DNA of 64,000 nt, from NCBI GenBank assembly GCA_022530585.1, contig CP092821.1, forward strand, positions 521,525-585,524, given 5' to 3'. The translations under genes and the position numbers were made by a program. The stretch comes from Candidatus Nealsonbacteria bacterium DGGOD1a (lineage in GTDB: Bacteria > Patescibacteriota > Minisyncoccia > Minisyncoccales > UBA5738). Below the pieces are notes generated by a model. It made no database searches. It was not told the origin of the DNA and saw only the letters and a program-made list of their open reading frames with translations. Below, piece after piece: positions 17,061 through 27,367 of this stretch; the stretch's first letter is position 1; each line of letters opens with the position of its first letter.

Positions 17061-17489
17061 ATGAACAATCCCGATAAAACCACAAAACTGCTTTTTGCCT
17101 GCCTTGATTGGCGTTTGCACCCGGCGATTGAAAATTATTTCGCGCGGGAAAATGTCGCCTGCGATATGTGCATCACCGCCGGTTCCATAAAAGACTTGAT
17201 CAACCCCGAAACGCGAAATTTTTTTATCAAGCAAATTGAAACTTCAAAAAATTTGCATCATTGCCAAGAAGCGATTTTAACCATGCATATGGATTGCGGC
17301 GCCTATGGCGGATCGGCGGCGTTCTCCGGGCGCGAAGAAGAAATCGCTTGCTATACGGAAGAATTGCGCCGCGCCAAAGAGATTATTGCCGGGTGTTTTC
17401 CCGGATTGGCGGTCAAAACATGGTTAGTCGGGCTTGATGAAAAAAATGGCGAATGGGAAATATCGCCCGAAGAAATAAATCTTGATTAA
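17061..17489 (+). CDS. Hypothetical protein with beta-carbonic-anhydrase-like CxDxR / HxxCG metal-site motifs
   Basis: 142 aa. CLDWRLHP and HMDCGAYGG resemble the two beta-CA signatures, but the protein is shorter than typical beta-CAs. Confidence 0.45.
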   Translation: MNNPDKTTKLLFACLDWRLHPAIENYFARENVACDMCITAGSIKDLINPETRNFFIKQIETSKNLHHCQEAILTMHMDCGAYGGSAAFSGREEEIACYTEELRRAKEIIAGCFPGLAVKTWLVGLDEKNGEWEISPEEINLD

Positions 17490-17506
17490 AAGGGTCGGAC
17501 CCTTTT
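17488..17506. repeat. GGGTCSGACCC-core palindrome (aaaagggtcggaccctttt), also a terminator-like hairpin
   Basis: Overlaps the stop codon of 17061-17489. Same core as the palindromes inside uvrC. Confidence 0.7.
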
Positions 17507-17547
17507 TGAAATTATATTGTTTGGATTACGCCAAGTTTGATTTTAAT

Positions 17548-18678
17548 ATGCCGAAACTTGAGAACATTAAAACATTTCTTTACTCTTGGGGAGTGCTCAC
17601 CAACACGATCATCGGTATCGGGATTTTTGCGTTGCCCTACGCGGCGCTGAAAGTCGGCCTGCCGCTGGCCTTGTTTTATTTGGCGGTTTTGGGATTCGTG
17701 GTGTCAATAATCCATCGAATGTTTGGCGAACTGGCGCTAAAAACTCCCGACTACAAGCGATTGGTGGGCTTTGCCGGAATTCATTTGGGTAAATGGGCGC
17801 AAATCGTGGCGGTGGGTATTACCATTTTCGGGTTTTTCGGCTCTCTTTTGGCATATATCATTATCGGCGGCCAATTTCTTTATGAATTTTGTTCGCCGTT
17901 CGCGGGAGGATCGGAAATTTTCTATGCCGTTGCCTATTTTGCCGCGGGCGCGTTTTTTGTTTATTTGGGAATAGATTTCATTTCCCGGTTTGAATTTTGG
18001 GGTATGGCGATTTTTTTCGCGATTTTGGCGATTTTGGGATTTGGCGGCGCGCCGCTGATCACAATGGAAAACTTGTTCGCGCGAACCGGCACGATACACG
18101 ACATCTTTTTTCCGTACGGGCCGATTTTATTTTCGTTTTGGGCGTCCTCGTCGATTCCGGAAATCGAGGAAATGCTGGGACGCCGCGGCAATAAAAAAAT
18201 GCTGGGGAAAGTGATTGCCGCCTCGGGAATCACCGCGTTTTTAACTTACGCGCTGTTTATTCTGTTGGTTGTCGGGATCAGCGGACCGCATACCGCCGAA
18301 TCCGCGCTGGCGGGATTGCGCCAAGCGTTGGGAAACAATGTCGCGTCAATGCTGTTCTTTTTCGGGTTTATCACCACCTTCACTTCGTTTGTAATCACCG
18401 GTTTGTCATTGAAGAAGATTTTCGCCTATGACTTGAAAATAAACAAAACTTTGTCGTGGGCGATCGTTTCAATCGTTCCGATGTGGCTGTTTTTAAGCGG
18501 TTTGCGCGACTTTATGATGATTTTTTCCTTAATTGGCGGGGTGTTTTTGGCGATTGACGGAATTTTAATAATTTTAATGTATCAAAAAATCCGGCCTGAC
18601 AGAAAAGCGCTTGCGTGGCCTTTGCTTTTAATTCTCATCGGCGGTATAATTTATGAATTATCGTATTATATAAAATGA
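17548..18678 (+). CDS. Amino acid permease/transporter (Aa_trans / Trp-Tyr permease-like)
   Basis: About 11 TM helices. N-terminal NTIIGIGIFALPYA motif. Start placed at MPKLENIKTF. Confidence 0.65.
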   Translation: MPKLENIKTFLYSWGVLTNTIIGIGIFALPYAALKVGLPLALFYLAVLGFVVSIIHRMFGELALKTPDYKRLVGFAGIHLGKWAQIVAVGITIFGFFGSLLAYIIIGGQFLYEFCSPFAGGSEIFYAVAYFAAGAFFVYLGIDFISRFEFWGMAIFFAILAILGFGGAPLITMENLFARTGTIHDIFFPYGPILFSFWASSSIPEIEEMLGRRGNKKMLGKVIAASGITAFLTYALFILLVVGISGPHTAESALAGLRQALGNNVASMLFFFGFITTFTSFVITGLSLKKIFAYDLKINKTLSWAIVSIVPMWLFLSGLRDFMMIFSLIGGVFLAIDGILIILMYQKIRPDRKALAWPLLLILIGGIIYELSYYIK

Positions 18679-18785
18679 AAGCGTTGAGTAATCGATAAAT
18701 TGTCAAATTTTTAAAAAATTTAAGCTTGACAGCTTCTTAAAACAATAAAAACGGCAATTATTCAACGCTTTAAAAACAGAGATAA

Positions 18786-19742
18786 ATGTTTTTTTATTTT
18801 TTGATCTTTTTGCTTTGTTGCGGCGCGCTCTATTTCGCCGGCAATTGGGTGGTGTCGGGAATGGCCCGGTTGGCCAAACTTTTCGGATTGAAAGAGTTCG
18901 TGGTGGCGTTTTTTATTATGGCGCTGGCCGCGACTCTGCCCAATTTGTTTTTGGCGATTATGTCGGTGATCAATGGCGTCCCCGAGCTTTCTCTGGGCGA
19001 TATTTTGGGCGGCAATGTCGTGGATATGACTCTGGCAATCGCCTTGGCCGCGTTTTTTTCAAAAAACGGAATTGATACCAAGGGCGGCACCATTCAAACC
19101 AGTTTGATATTCACATTCGCGGCCGCGATTTTGCCGCTGGCGCTTTTGTTGGACAATAACTTGTCGCGCGTTGACGGAGTGTTGCTTTTGGCGCTGTTTT
19201 TCGCCTATGTTTATTGGTTGCTTTCAAAAAAAGAACGGTTTAAAGAAATTTATAGCGGCCATCAGGTTTCCGCCGGCAAGAAATTAAAAGATTTCCGGCG
19301 CGATATCGCCAAAGTCGGCGCCGGAATCGTTGGATTGATAATCATCGCCCAAACTCTTATTTTTTCGGCTCAATCATTTTCCGATCAAATGGGAATTTCT
19401 TTGCCGGTGATCGGCATCCTGATCATCGGCTTGGGAAATTGTTTCCCGGAAATTTATTTTGGCATTGCCGCCGCCAAAAACGGGAAAACAAAAATGATTA
19501 TGGGCGATTTGATGGGCGCGATCGTCATTTCCGGCACTTTTGTTTTGGGGTTGGTGGCAATGTTTTCGCCGATAGAGATCGGACATCTGGCAAAGTTTGC
19601 CGCGGCGCGCTATTTTTTATTCTCTTCGGCTTTGTTTTTCTACATTTGCGCCCGGTCCGGGCAGAAAATCACCAAAAAGGAGGCGGTAATGCTTTTGGCG
19701 GTTTATATCGCGTTCTTGATCACCGAGATATTCGCCAAATAA
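18786..19742 (+). CDS. Na+/Ca2+ exchanger family (CaCA, YrbG-like) membrane protein
   Basis: Two alpha-repeats: GDILGGNVVDMTLAIAL and GNCFPEIYFGIAAAKNG..GDLMGA. Confidence 0.8.
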   Translation: MFFYFLIFLLCCGALYFAGNWVVSGMARLAKLFGLKEFVVAFFIMALAATLPNLFLAIMSVINGVPELSLGDILGGNVVDMTLAIALAAFFSKNGIDTKGGTIQTSLIFTFAAAILPLALLLDNNLSRVDGVLLLALFFAYVYWLLSKKERFKEIYSGHQVSAGKKLKDFRRDIAKVGAGIVGLIIIAQTLIFSAQSFSDQMGISLPVIGILIIGLGNCFPEIYFGIAAAKNGKTKMIMGDLMGAIVISGTFVLGLVAMFSPIEIGHLAKFAAARYFLFSSALFFYICARSGQKITKKEAVMLLAVYIAFLITEIFAK

Positions 19743-19745
19743 TTC

Positions 19746-19811
19746 ATAATTATCTTGAATTGCGAAACGCTTTTGTATTTGAATTTAATGGTTCCGCAAT
19801 TCAAAGGATTT
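19746..19811. repeat. TTGAATTGCGAAAC-family element (copy 3, uninterrupted)
   Basis: ataattatcttgaattgcgaaacgcttttgtatttgaatttaatggttccgcaattcaaagg. Its reverse complement matches the two halves at 2985-3125. Confidence 0.6.
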
Positions 19812-19814
19812 AGG

Positions 19815-19839
19815 AAAAATCCGGCGTTGCCGGATTTTT
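19815..19839. terminator. Bidirectional terminator aaaaatccggc-gtt-gccggattttt
   Basis: Between the convergent CaCA gene (+) and uvrB (-). Confidence 0.75.
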
Positions 19840-19874
19840 GTATTTGTATTTATTCTTAAATCATAAATCCCGAA

Positions 19875-21848
19875 TCATAAACCATTTTTTGTTTTTAACT
19901 TAATCTCTTGAATTTGTGAATGGATTCGTGCGGCTTTTTCAAATTGCAAATTGCGGCGCGCCAGATCCAATTTGGCGGTTAATTCTTTTTGATATTCTTT
20001 GATAAATTCGTCCGCCGGCAAAACTTCCTCTTTTTTGTCGCGCGCCGACAGGGTTTCTTTGATTTCTTTATAAATTATTTGGGGATTTATTCCTTGTCTT
20101 TTGTTGTAATTATCCTGGATTTTCCGGCGGCGGTCGGTTTCTTCCATCGCGCGGCGCATTGAACCGGTGATGTTGTCCGCGTACATAACCACCAAACCGT
20201 CCGGATGGCGGCTGGCCCGTCCCATAATTTGGACCAATGAAGTTTCGTCGCGCAAAAATCCTTCTTTATCGGCGTCGAAAATTATAATCAGCGACACTTC
20301 CGGCAAGTCCAGCCCTTCGCGCAAAAGATTGATACCGACCAAAACATCGAATTTCCCTTTGCGCAAATCCGCCAAAATTTTCGGACGGGCAAGAGTTTTG
20401 ATTTCCGAATGAAGGTATTCGGCTTTGATGCGGCGTTGCTTCAAGTGATCGGCCAGCGCTTCGGACAGCCGCTTGGTGATTGTGAGGCAAAGCGTCCGTT
20501 GGCCGAGTTTTTTGCGCGCTTCAATTTCTTTGATTGCATTGTCGATTTGATTTTCGGTCGCGCGAACTTCAATTCGCGGATCAAGCAAATAAGTCGGCCG
20601 CACGATCTGTTCGGCGATTTGCTTTGAGGTTTTCTTTTCATAATCGCCGGGCGTGGCCGAAACAAAAACCGTTTGGTTGATTTTTCGCAAAAATTCATCA
20701 TATTTCAACGGCCGGTTGTCAATTGCCGACGGCAGGCGGAAGCCATAGTTGATCAGCGGCTGTTTGCGGGCGAAATCGCCGGCTTGCATCCCGTGAATTT
20801 GCGGCACGGTAATGTGCGATTCGTCGATCATCAGCAAATAATCATCGGGAAAATAATCCAGCAAAGTATAAGGCGCTGAATCCGGTTGCCGAAAATCAAG
20901 ATGGCGCGAATAATTTTCAATGCCATGGCACCAGCCGGTTTCGCGAATCAGTGAAATATCATATTCGGTGCGGCGGCGAATGCGTTCGGCTTCAACCAAT
21001 TTATCCTGTTTTTTAAAATAAGCGATTTGCGCTTCCATTTCTTTTTTAATGTTTTTAATCGCCTCGTCGACTTTATCGCCCCCGGCCATCCAGAATTTTG
21101 CCGGCCACAAATCCGCTTCCGCCGCGGGAATGAAATTCCCAAACGGCGCTTCGCATTCGGCCAAACCAATAATTTTGCCATTAACAATTTCTATCCGGTT
21201 GATGGTTTTCGCTCCCGCCAGCCAAACATCGACAAAATTCATCCGCTTGCGGAATCGTCCGCAAGCCAGCTCATAATCATTGCGTTCATATTGCAAATCC
21301 AGCAAGCGTCCAAACAATTGCTCAAACGACATCGCGTCGCCCACTTTCAAAATTAACCTTTCCTTTAAATAAGTTTCGGGCTTTCCCAAATTGTAGATGC
21401 AGGAAACCGATGCCACGATAATCGTATCGCGGCGCGAAAGCACGCCCTGTACCGCCTCATGGCGCAAACGGTCGATTTCCTGATTAACCATTGAATCCTT
21501 TTCAATATAAGTGTCAGTCGCGGGAATATACGCCTCGGGCTGGTAATAATCATAATAAGAAACAAAATAGCTCACCTGATTATTCGGAAAAAACCCCTTA
21601 AATTCCTCATACAACTGCGCCGCCAGAGTTTTATTGGGCGAAATCACCAAAGTCGGCCGACCGGTCTTCTCAATTACCTTGGCCATCGTATAGGTCTTGC
21701 CCGATCCGGTCACGCCCAACAGCGTCTGAAACTCAAAACCCGCCTTTATTCCTTGGCTTAATTTTTCAATCGCCTGCGGCTGATCTCCCCGCGGCTTAAA
21801 TTTGGATTCAATTTTCAGTTTCCGCATTGTATTTCGTGGCATTTGCAT
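19875..21848 (-). CDS. uvrB: Excinuclease ABC subunit B
   Basis: 657 aa. GVTGSGKTYTMA Walker A, helicase motifs, C-terminal UVR coiled coil (FEKAARIHSQIQEIK). Confidence 0.95.
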   Translation of the reverse strand: MQMPRNTMRKLKIESKFKPRGDQPQAIEKLSQGIKAGFEFQTLLGVTGSGKTYTMAKVIEKTGRPTLVISPNKTLAAQLYEEFKGFFPNNQVSYFVSYYDYYQPEAYIPATDTYIEKDSMVNQEIDRLRHEAVQGVLSRRDTIIVASVSCIYNLGKPETYLKERLILKVGDAMSFEQLFGRLLDLQYERNDYELACGRFRKRMNFVDVWLAGAKTINRIEIVNGKIIGLAECEAPFGNFIPAAEADLWPAKFWMAGGDKVDEAIKNIKKEMEAQIAYFKKQDKLVEAERIRRRTEYDISLIRETGWCHGIENYSRHLDFRQPDSAPYTLLDYFPDDYLLMIDESHITVPQIHGMQAGDFARKQPLINYGFRLPSAIDNRPLKYDEFLRKINQTVFVSATPGDYEKKTSKQIAEQIVRPTYLLDPRIEVRATENQIDNAIKEIEARKKLGQRTLCLTITKRLSEALADHLKQRRIKAEYLHSEIKTLARPKILADLRKGKFDVLVGINLLREGLDLPEVSLIIIFDADKEGFLRDETSLVQIMGRASRHPDGLVVMYADNITGSMRRAMEETDRRRKIQDNYNKRQGINPQIIYKEIKETLSARDKKEEVLPADEFIKEYQKELTAKLDLARRNLQFEKAARIHSQIQEIKLKTKNGL

Positions 21849-21989
21849 TTTGAGGTCGTTCCTCGGCGTAATCGCAGAGGTGCGACCTCGATAAACTTGT
21901 ATTTTAAAAATTTTAGTAAGCGGTTATTTTATCTCTTGACATTTTCTTTTTTTTGCTACGCTTTGCCCAGCTTTTTGGAGGAATTATAA

Positions 21990-22199
21990 ATGGAAGTTTG
22001 TATTGAGACATTGTGCAATATGGTCGTTATTGAGTTTGGACAACCAAAGATAATAACGATTATGACCCCGGACGGCGAAGAAACAATTACTGCAAGTGCT
22101 ATAAATATAACCTTGCCGATTGGAGAAAAATGGGAAGTGAAAAATTTCTCTGTCAGCAAGGCCGGAATAAATACAACTATTACGAATAAGATAAGATAG
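21990..22199 (+). CDS. Small hypothetical protein (69 aa) with strong SD
   Basis: GGAGG lies 8 nt upstream of the ATG. No family recognised. The competing antisense ORF looks less protein-like. Confidence 0.35.
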   Translation: MEVCIETLCNMVVIEFGQPKIITIMTPDGEETITASAINITLPIGEKWEVKNFSVSKAGINTTITNKIR

Positions 22200-22208
22200 G
22201 CGATAAGC

Positions 22209-23456
22209 TTATCTAATTTTTTTAATACATCTCAATCTATTATACCCGATGGCGAAGCGGTGGGCTTCGTCGCGAATTTGTAAAAAAAGATTTGACAAAT
22301 TGGGCGGCAGTTTTGACAATTGGCTGTAATTTTTTGAAAACGGCGAAAATAATTTGCCGTCTTTATCGCCGATTTTTGCCAGCGCCAACACTGGAATATT
22401 TTTTATGTCGCGCGCGGATTTCAATTGGCCCTTGCCGCCGTCAAGCAAGATCAAATCGGGGAGCGGCCATTCTTGGTGCTTCATCCTCCGTTTTAAAATT
22501 TCCGCCAAGGACGCCACATCGTTTTGGCCCTTTACGGTCTTTATCTTGAATTTGCGGTATTCGTTTTTATCCGGTTTTCCGTTTTGAAAAACTACCATCG
22601 ATCCGACCGCCAGAGTGCCGGAGAGGTTCGAGATATCATAACCTTCGATTCGTATGTGTTTTTCGGATGGGCCGTTGCCAAATGCGTCCGACCCATCCAA
22701 GCTCGCGTGGGTCGGACCCACGCAATTTCCCGACTTGCCTTGGTAGATTTGCGCTAAAATCTTGAAAGCGGCGATCATTTGAGAATACGCCATTTTTTGT
22801 TTTTTGTGAAGGCAGGGCGCGGCGCACAGGCCCAGCGAAGCATAAAAGCAAGGTTTTTCCGGCAGGGCGCGGCACGACCGATAGGGCAGTATTTTGCGAA
22901 TTTCTTTTAAAAACGATTTCACCTCGCGCCCGGATACATACGGCCCAAAACAATTTTGAAAGGGTCCGACCCTTTCAATCTTGACCCTTTTAATCTTGAA
23001 AGGGTCGGACCCTTTCAAAGCAGGTTGATGGGTGAGATTTGCGTGGGTCGGACCCACGCAAAATCTGCGAGAATCGGGAATCTGCAAGTTTTTTTCTTCA
23101 AAGGGCCGGTGGGTAAGATAGACGCGGGGAAATGGGTCGGCGGACAGCGCGATGTAAAAATAACTTTTGTCGTCTTTCCATTCCACATTCCAGCGAGGTT
23201 GGAGCTGTTTGATGAATTTTTGCTCCAAAATCAGCGCCGCGTTTTCGGTGTCAGCCAAAATAAAATCAATATCGGCGATTTGCGAAATGAAATCAAATGC
23301 GTGTTGATCCGGCTTTTGGAAATGGTTTTTTACCCGTTTTTTCAAATTTTTTGCCTTGCCAACATAAATCACTCTTTCATTCGCGTCCTTGAAAAAATAC
23401 ACCCCGGCGGTTTGCGGCAAATTTTCAATTTTGTTTTTCAAATCAATATTCATCAA
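22209..23456 (-). CDS. uvrC: Excinuclease ABC subunit C (short form, no C-terminal HhH) carrying in-frame palindromic-repeat insertions
   Basis: GIY-YIG N-terminus (GVYFFKD..VIYVGKA..LKKR), CFGPY..LPYRSC, IEGYDISN, RDEAHRFA. 415 aa. Confidence 0.85.
   Translation of the reverse strand: MMNIDLKNKIENLPQTAGVYFFKDANERVIYVGKAKNLKKRVKNHFQKPDQHAFDFISQIADIDFILADTENAALILEQKFIKQLQPRWNVEWKDDKSYFYIALSADPFPRVYLTHRPFEEKNLQIPDSRRFCVGPTHANLTHQPALKGSDPFKIKRVKIERVGPFQNCFGPYVSGREVKSFLKEIRKILPYRSCRALPEKPCFYASLGLCAAPCLHKKQKMAYSQMIAAFKILAQIYQGKSGNCVGPTHASLDGSDAFGNGPSEKHIRIEGYDISNLSGTLAVGSMVVFQNGKPDKNEYRKFKIKTVKGQNDVASLAEILKRRMKHQEWPLPDLILLDGGKGQLKSARDIKNIPVLALAKIGDKDGKLFSPFSKNYSQLSKLPPNLSNLFLQIRDEAHRFAIGYNRLRCIKKIR
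22682..22723. repeat. GGGTCSGACCC-core palindromic element inside uvrC (second site)
   Basis: gcgtgggtcggacccacgc (22705-22723) plus half-site gtccgaccc (22687-22695). Translated as NCVGPTHASLDGSD. Confidence 0.75.
22956..23062. repeat. Cluster of three GGGTCSGACCC-core palindromes inside uvrC (first site)
   Basis: ttgaaagggtccgaccctttcaa (22956-22978), ttgaaagggtcggaccctttcaa (22996-23018), tttgcgtgggtcggacccacgcaaa (23038-23062). Confidence 0.8.
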
Positions 23457-23638
23457 ATGATCATATCAAAAAATGGGTACTTGACAAGAATCTTGACTTA
23501 ACGGCTCTATTTTTTTAATAAATTTTTAGCGTATTGATTGATTTGAAATAATGGCATAACAATGCTATATAAAAATCGTTAGGGATTTAATCTCTAGCCG
23601 AACAAAAATATTTGTTCGCAATATTTGAAAATACTGAC

Positions 23639-23764
23639 GCCCCACGCGGTACCCGCCAGTGGGGCCTAGGTAAGACGGCATTCGCCGCCATGGGAGAGGC
23701 AGTCTATCAGAGGCCTCTCCCGATTTGATAAATTTAACCGTGGCCGCAAGGCCGCTTTTTGTTT
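23639..23764 (+). ncRNA. Candidate small structured RNA ending in a canonical intrinsic terminator (family unknown)
   Basis: Hairpins 23639-23665 (GCCCCAC/GTGGGGC) and 23692-23721 (GGGAGAGGC/GCCTCTCCC). Terminator GTGGCC-GCAA-GGCCGC plus TTTTT at 23740-23764. Lies in the uvrC/uvrA divergent spacer. The 5' end is undefined. Confidence 0.35.
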
Positions 23765-23856
23765 GAATGCCCACTGCATCTTTTCAAATCTTGACATTTG
23801 GGGTACAATGAATACTTCTTATATTATTGCGCGCAAATCAAACAGATTTTGATTTT

Positions 23857-26763
23857 ATGGAAAATGATTTTATTGAACTTTCGGGCGTTAAGGTTCACAA
23901 TTTGAAGAATATCTCGGTCAAAATACCTAAGAACAAACTGGTGGTGATTTGCGGTATTTCCGGGTCGGGGAAGTCGTCGCTGGCGTTTGACACGATCTTT
24001 AACGAGGGTCAGCGGCGGTATTTGGAAAGCTTGTCGTCGTACGCGCGGCAGTTTTTGGGCGGATTGAAAAAACCGGATGTGGAAAAAATCAGCGGGTTGT
24101 CGCCCACGATCGCGGTGAACCAAAAAACCATCTCTTCCAACCCGCGCTCCACCGTGGGCACGCTCACCGAGATTTACGATTACTTGCGCTTGCTTTATTC
24201 GCACATCGGCATCGCGCATTGTCCAAAGTGCGGCAAACCGGTAACCACGCAAACTCCGAATCATATGGCCGAACGCGTATTCGCCATGGCGATGGAGTTT
24301 GAGACCACTTTGATCGCTCCCGTGATTGCGGCCAAAAAAGGCGGCCACCTTGGCGTTTTGGAAGAAATTTATCGCAGCGGCTGGCCGCAAATCATTATCG
24401 ACGGCATCACTTATTCATCCGAAGAAGGCAAGGACAAACTGCTTGATAAAAACAAAGCGCATAATATCGGCGTGCCGATCGACAAATTCGATCTGAAAAA
24501 ATTCGGCTCGGCGGCGCTAAAAACTTCGGTAAAACAAGGTAAAAATATCTCCAAAACAGAGCAGGAAGCTCTGGCGACCAAAAAAAAGAAGTTGGAAGGC
24601 GTGATCAAGGAAGAAAAGGAACGCATTTTGGCATCCGTGAAAAAAGCCTTGGAAATGGGCAAAGGAAGAATCGATGTTTCCCGAAAAATCGGCAAGATCG
24701 AGAAAAAGGAATCTTTTTCGAGTTTTTTCTCCTGTCCGGACTGCCAGGTATCCTTGCCCGATATTGAACCCAAGATATTTTCATTTAACAGTCCTTACGG
24801 CGCTTGCAAAACATGCCAAGGGTTGGGCAAGCTGGCCAAGGTAAACCGGGAATTGGTTTTGAATCCGCGCCTGTCTTTGAACGAGGGCGCGATTTTGCCG
24901 TGGTTTTCGCTCGGCCGCTGGACTTTGCGGACATTGGGCGTGCCTTATCAAAAATGGTCGCTGGAAAAACTGGCGGAGAAGGAAGGTTTTTCGCTGAATG
25001 TTCCGTTCAAAGAATTGCCGGAAGACATCCAGCAGTTGGTTTTGTTCGGAGACAAGAAACATAGCGGCTACGAAGCGATTATTCCGCGGATGGAACGCGC
25101 GTATCGCGAAACTACTTCGGAATATCTGCGCGCGGAAATTTCAAAATATATGTCCGAAATCGCTTGCCCCGATTGCGATGGCGCGAGATTATCGCCCGAA
25201 GCTTTGGCGGTAAAAGTGGGAGGGAAAAGCATTTATGAAGCTTCGTCGATGCCGGTGCGCGATGAAATCGCTTTTTTTAAAAAATTGCAGGGCGAATTGC
25301 CCGCCAAACAGAAAGAAGTGGCCGAATCGATTTTGCGGGAAATTTGCAAACGGCTGGGTTTTTTGGTTGAAGTGGGCGTGGATTACATCGATCTGGCCCG
25401 CGAAGCCACAACGCTGTCCGTGGGCGAAAACCAGCGCATTCGTTTGGCCTGCCAGCTGGGTTCGGCGCTTTCGGGCGTGATCTATGTATTGGATGAACCC
25501 ACCGTGGGCCTGCACCAGCGCGATGTCGATCGTTTAATCGGCGCGTTGCAAAAGCTCAAGGAATTAAAAAATACCGTGATCGTGGTCGAACACGACGAGC
25601 AAGTGATGAAAGCCGCGGATTGGGTTGTCGAGATCGGTCCGGCGGCGGGAATTCACGGCGGCAAAGTTGTTTTTGAAGGTACGCCGCCGCAACTGTTAAA
25701 AGCCGATAGCCTTACCGGAAAATATTTGTCCGAGCGGCTGACAATCAACACCGGATTCAAGAAAAAAGAGATCACCGATCGGACGCTTTGGATGGAACTT
25801 AGCGGCGCGAATCAATTCACATTAAAAAACATTGACCTGAAAATTCCGTTGGGCAAGTTGGTGACGATTTGCGGCGTGTCCGGCTCGGGCAAGAGCACGC
25901 TGATCATTGATACGCTTTCAAGCATCCTGATGCGCGACATTATGCGCGCGCGCACGGTTCCGGGCAAATACGGCGAATTGAAAGGTGCGGAGCGCTTAAA
26001 TAAAGCGGTTCTGGTGGACCAAAGCCCGATCGGCAAAACTCCGCGTTCAAATCCGGCCACCTATACCGGCGTCTTTAATCATATTCGCGAACTTTACACC
26101 CGCACGCGCGATTCGCAAATGCGGGGTTTCACCGCCGGCCACTTTTCTTTCAACACCCAAAAAGGTCGCTGTCCGGCTTGCCAAGGCGAAGGCTGGCAAA
26201 AAGTGGAAATGTATTTTTTGCCCGATGTCTATGTGGAATGCGAGCTTTGTAAAGGACAAAGATTTACCTCCGAAGTGCTGGGGGCAAAATATCACGACAA
26301 AAACATTGCCGATGTTTTGAATATGAGCATTGACGAGGCTAAAACATTTTTTACCGACATCCCGGTCATCAGCGATAAAATGCAACTGCTTTCCGATATC
26401 GGCTTAGGCTATCTAAAATTAGGTCAATCCGCCCCCAGCTTGTCGGGCGGAGAAGCCCAGCGCATCAAACTTGCCAGCGAGCTGGCCAAACGCGATACCG
26501 GCAACACGGTTTATATCCTTGACGAGCCCACGGTCGGCCTTCACTTTGACGATGCCAAAAAACTTTTGATCATCCTGCGCCGCCTGGTGGAGAAAGGCAA
26601 CAGCGTCATCATTATCGAGCACAACCTCCAAATCGTGAAAGAAAGCGATTGGTGCGTTGAACTCGGCCCGGACGGCGGGGACAAGGGCGGCAAGATCATC
26701 TTCACCGGCACTCCGGAACAACTGGCGAAAAGCAACACCTGGACCGCGAAGTTTTTGAAATAA
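23857..26763 (+). CDS. uvrA: Excinuclease ABC subunit A
   Basis: Two ABC modules ([18 protein letters not shown]; [16 protein letters not shown]) and zinc-finger CxxC pairs. Start placed at [10 protein letters not shown]. Confidence 0.95.
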   Translation: MENDFIELSGVKVHNLKNISVKIPKNKLVVICGISGSGKSSLAFDTIFNEGQRRYLESLSSYARQFLGGLKKPDVEKISGLSPTIAVNQKTISSNPRSTVGTLTEIYDYLRLLYSHIGIAHCPKCGKPVTTQTPNHMAERVFAMAMEFETTLIAPVIAAKKGGHLGVLEEIYRSGWPQIIIDGITYSSEEGKDKLLDKNKAHNIGVPIDKFDLKKFGSAALKTSVKQGKNISKTEQEALATKKKKLEGVIKEEKERILASVKKALEMGKGRIDVSRKIGKIEKKESFSSFFSCPDCQVSLPDIEPKIFSFNSPYGACKTCQGLGKLAKVNRELVLNPRLSLNEGAILPWFSLGRWTLRTLGVPYQKWSLEKLAEKEGFSLNVPFKELPEDIQQLVLFGDKKHSGYEAIIPRMERAYRETTSEYLRAEISKYMSEIACPDCDGARLSPEALAVKVGGKSIYEASSMPVRDEIAFFKKLQGELPAKQKEVAESILREICKRLGFLVEVGVDYIDLAREATTLSVGENQRIRLACQLGSALSGVIYVLDEPTVGLHQRDVDRLIGALQKLKELKNTVIVVEHDEQVMKAADWVVEIGPAAGIHGGKVVFEGTPPQLLKADSLTGKYLSERLTINTGFKKKEITDRTLWMELSGANQFTLKNIDLKIPLGKLVTICGVSGSGKSTLIIDTLSSILMRDIMRARTVPGKYGELKGAERLNKAVLVDQSPIGKTPRSNPATYTGVFNHIRELYTRTRDSQMRGFTAGHFSFNTQKGRCPACQGEGWQKVEMYFLPDVYVECELCKGQRFTSEVLGAKYHDKNIADVLNMSIDEAKTFFTDIPVISDKMQLLSDIGLGYLKLGQSAPSLSGGEAQRIKLASELAKRDTGNTVYILDEPTVGLHFDDAKKLLIILRRLVEKGNSVIIIEHNLQIVKESDWCVELGPDGGDKGGKIIFTGTPEQLAKSNTWTAKFLK

Positions 26764-26770
26764 AAAATTT

Positions 26771-26913
26771 GTTTGCATTTTAATTGCATTTTGTAGGGGC
26801 AGGTCTTGCTTTGCCTCGCCGTAGCTTTGGCGAAGGCGGGTGCCTGCCCGTATTAAATTTTACGAAACCAAAAAGGCGGACATAAAGCCCGACCCTACGA
26901 ATTAAATGTAAAC
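26771..26913. repeat. MITE-like element with ~27-bp terminal inverted repeats (GTTTRCATTT..GTAGGG) and internal GTAGGGGCAGG..CCTGCCC hairpin
   Basis: The left end gtttgcattttaattgcattttgtaggggcagg pairs with the right end gcccgaccctacgaattaaatgtaaac. Related tgtaggggcg motifs at 29681-29735. Confidence 0.6.
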
Positions 26914-27183
26914 AAAAAAATAATATCCAGATGTCGGACTTCTAATTATTATTTGAATATTTTTGCAAAAAAACAATCCTATACAATTCTTGCTATCGCA
27001 AAATTTATATAGGAATGAAATTTACACAAGCCGTGCACATTACCCCTTTGGTAACGAGTTTTCGCCGCTGCACTTCGCGGCGCGTTAAGTCTCCAGGAAT
27101 TCACGCAAGTATTGCAAGAATACAAAAGTGAGTGGATGCATGCAAAATTTGCTTAAATTAAATCATTGGGCTAACATAGAGAT

Positions 27184-27360
27184 ATGAAAAAAGACTGCCA
27201 AATAACAATCAAATCAAAAAGCCACGATCATCTTCTTTTGCCCAAAAAGCGTTCTTTGATATGGCAAAAATTAAGAGGCAAATGGCAAAATAAAACCAAT
27301 ATAATCACCGATTATAAAAAAATCAGAAGCGAATGGAATAGAAAAGTCCAAAACACATAA
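27184..27360 (+). CDS. Putative antitoxin (VapB-position small protein, 58 aa)
   Basis: Translated manually: MKKDCQITIKSKSHDHLLLPKKRSLIWQKLRGKWQNKTNIITDYKKIRSEWNRKVQNT. Ends 7 nt before the PIN-toxin gene. Below the ORF-track cutoff. Confidence 0.5.
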   Translation: MKKDCQITIKSKSHDHLLLPKKRSLIWQKLRGKWQNKTNIITDYKKIRSEWNRKVQNT

Positions 27361-27367
27361 CAAAAAT

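Noticed and set aside
22956-23501. 181-aa plus-strand ORF, and the 188-aa minus-strand ORF at 23824-24390.
   Set aside because: They are antisense to uvrC and uvrA respectively, which have unambiguous conserved motifs.
23639-23764. Structured RNA considered as SRP (4.5S), 6S or RNase P RNA.
   Set aside because: It lacks the SRP domain IV motifs and end-to-end pairing. It is too short for 6S or RNase P and lacks their conserved blocks. It is kept only as an unassigned candidate.
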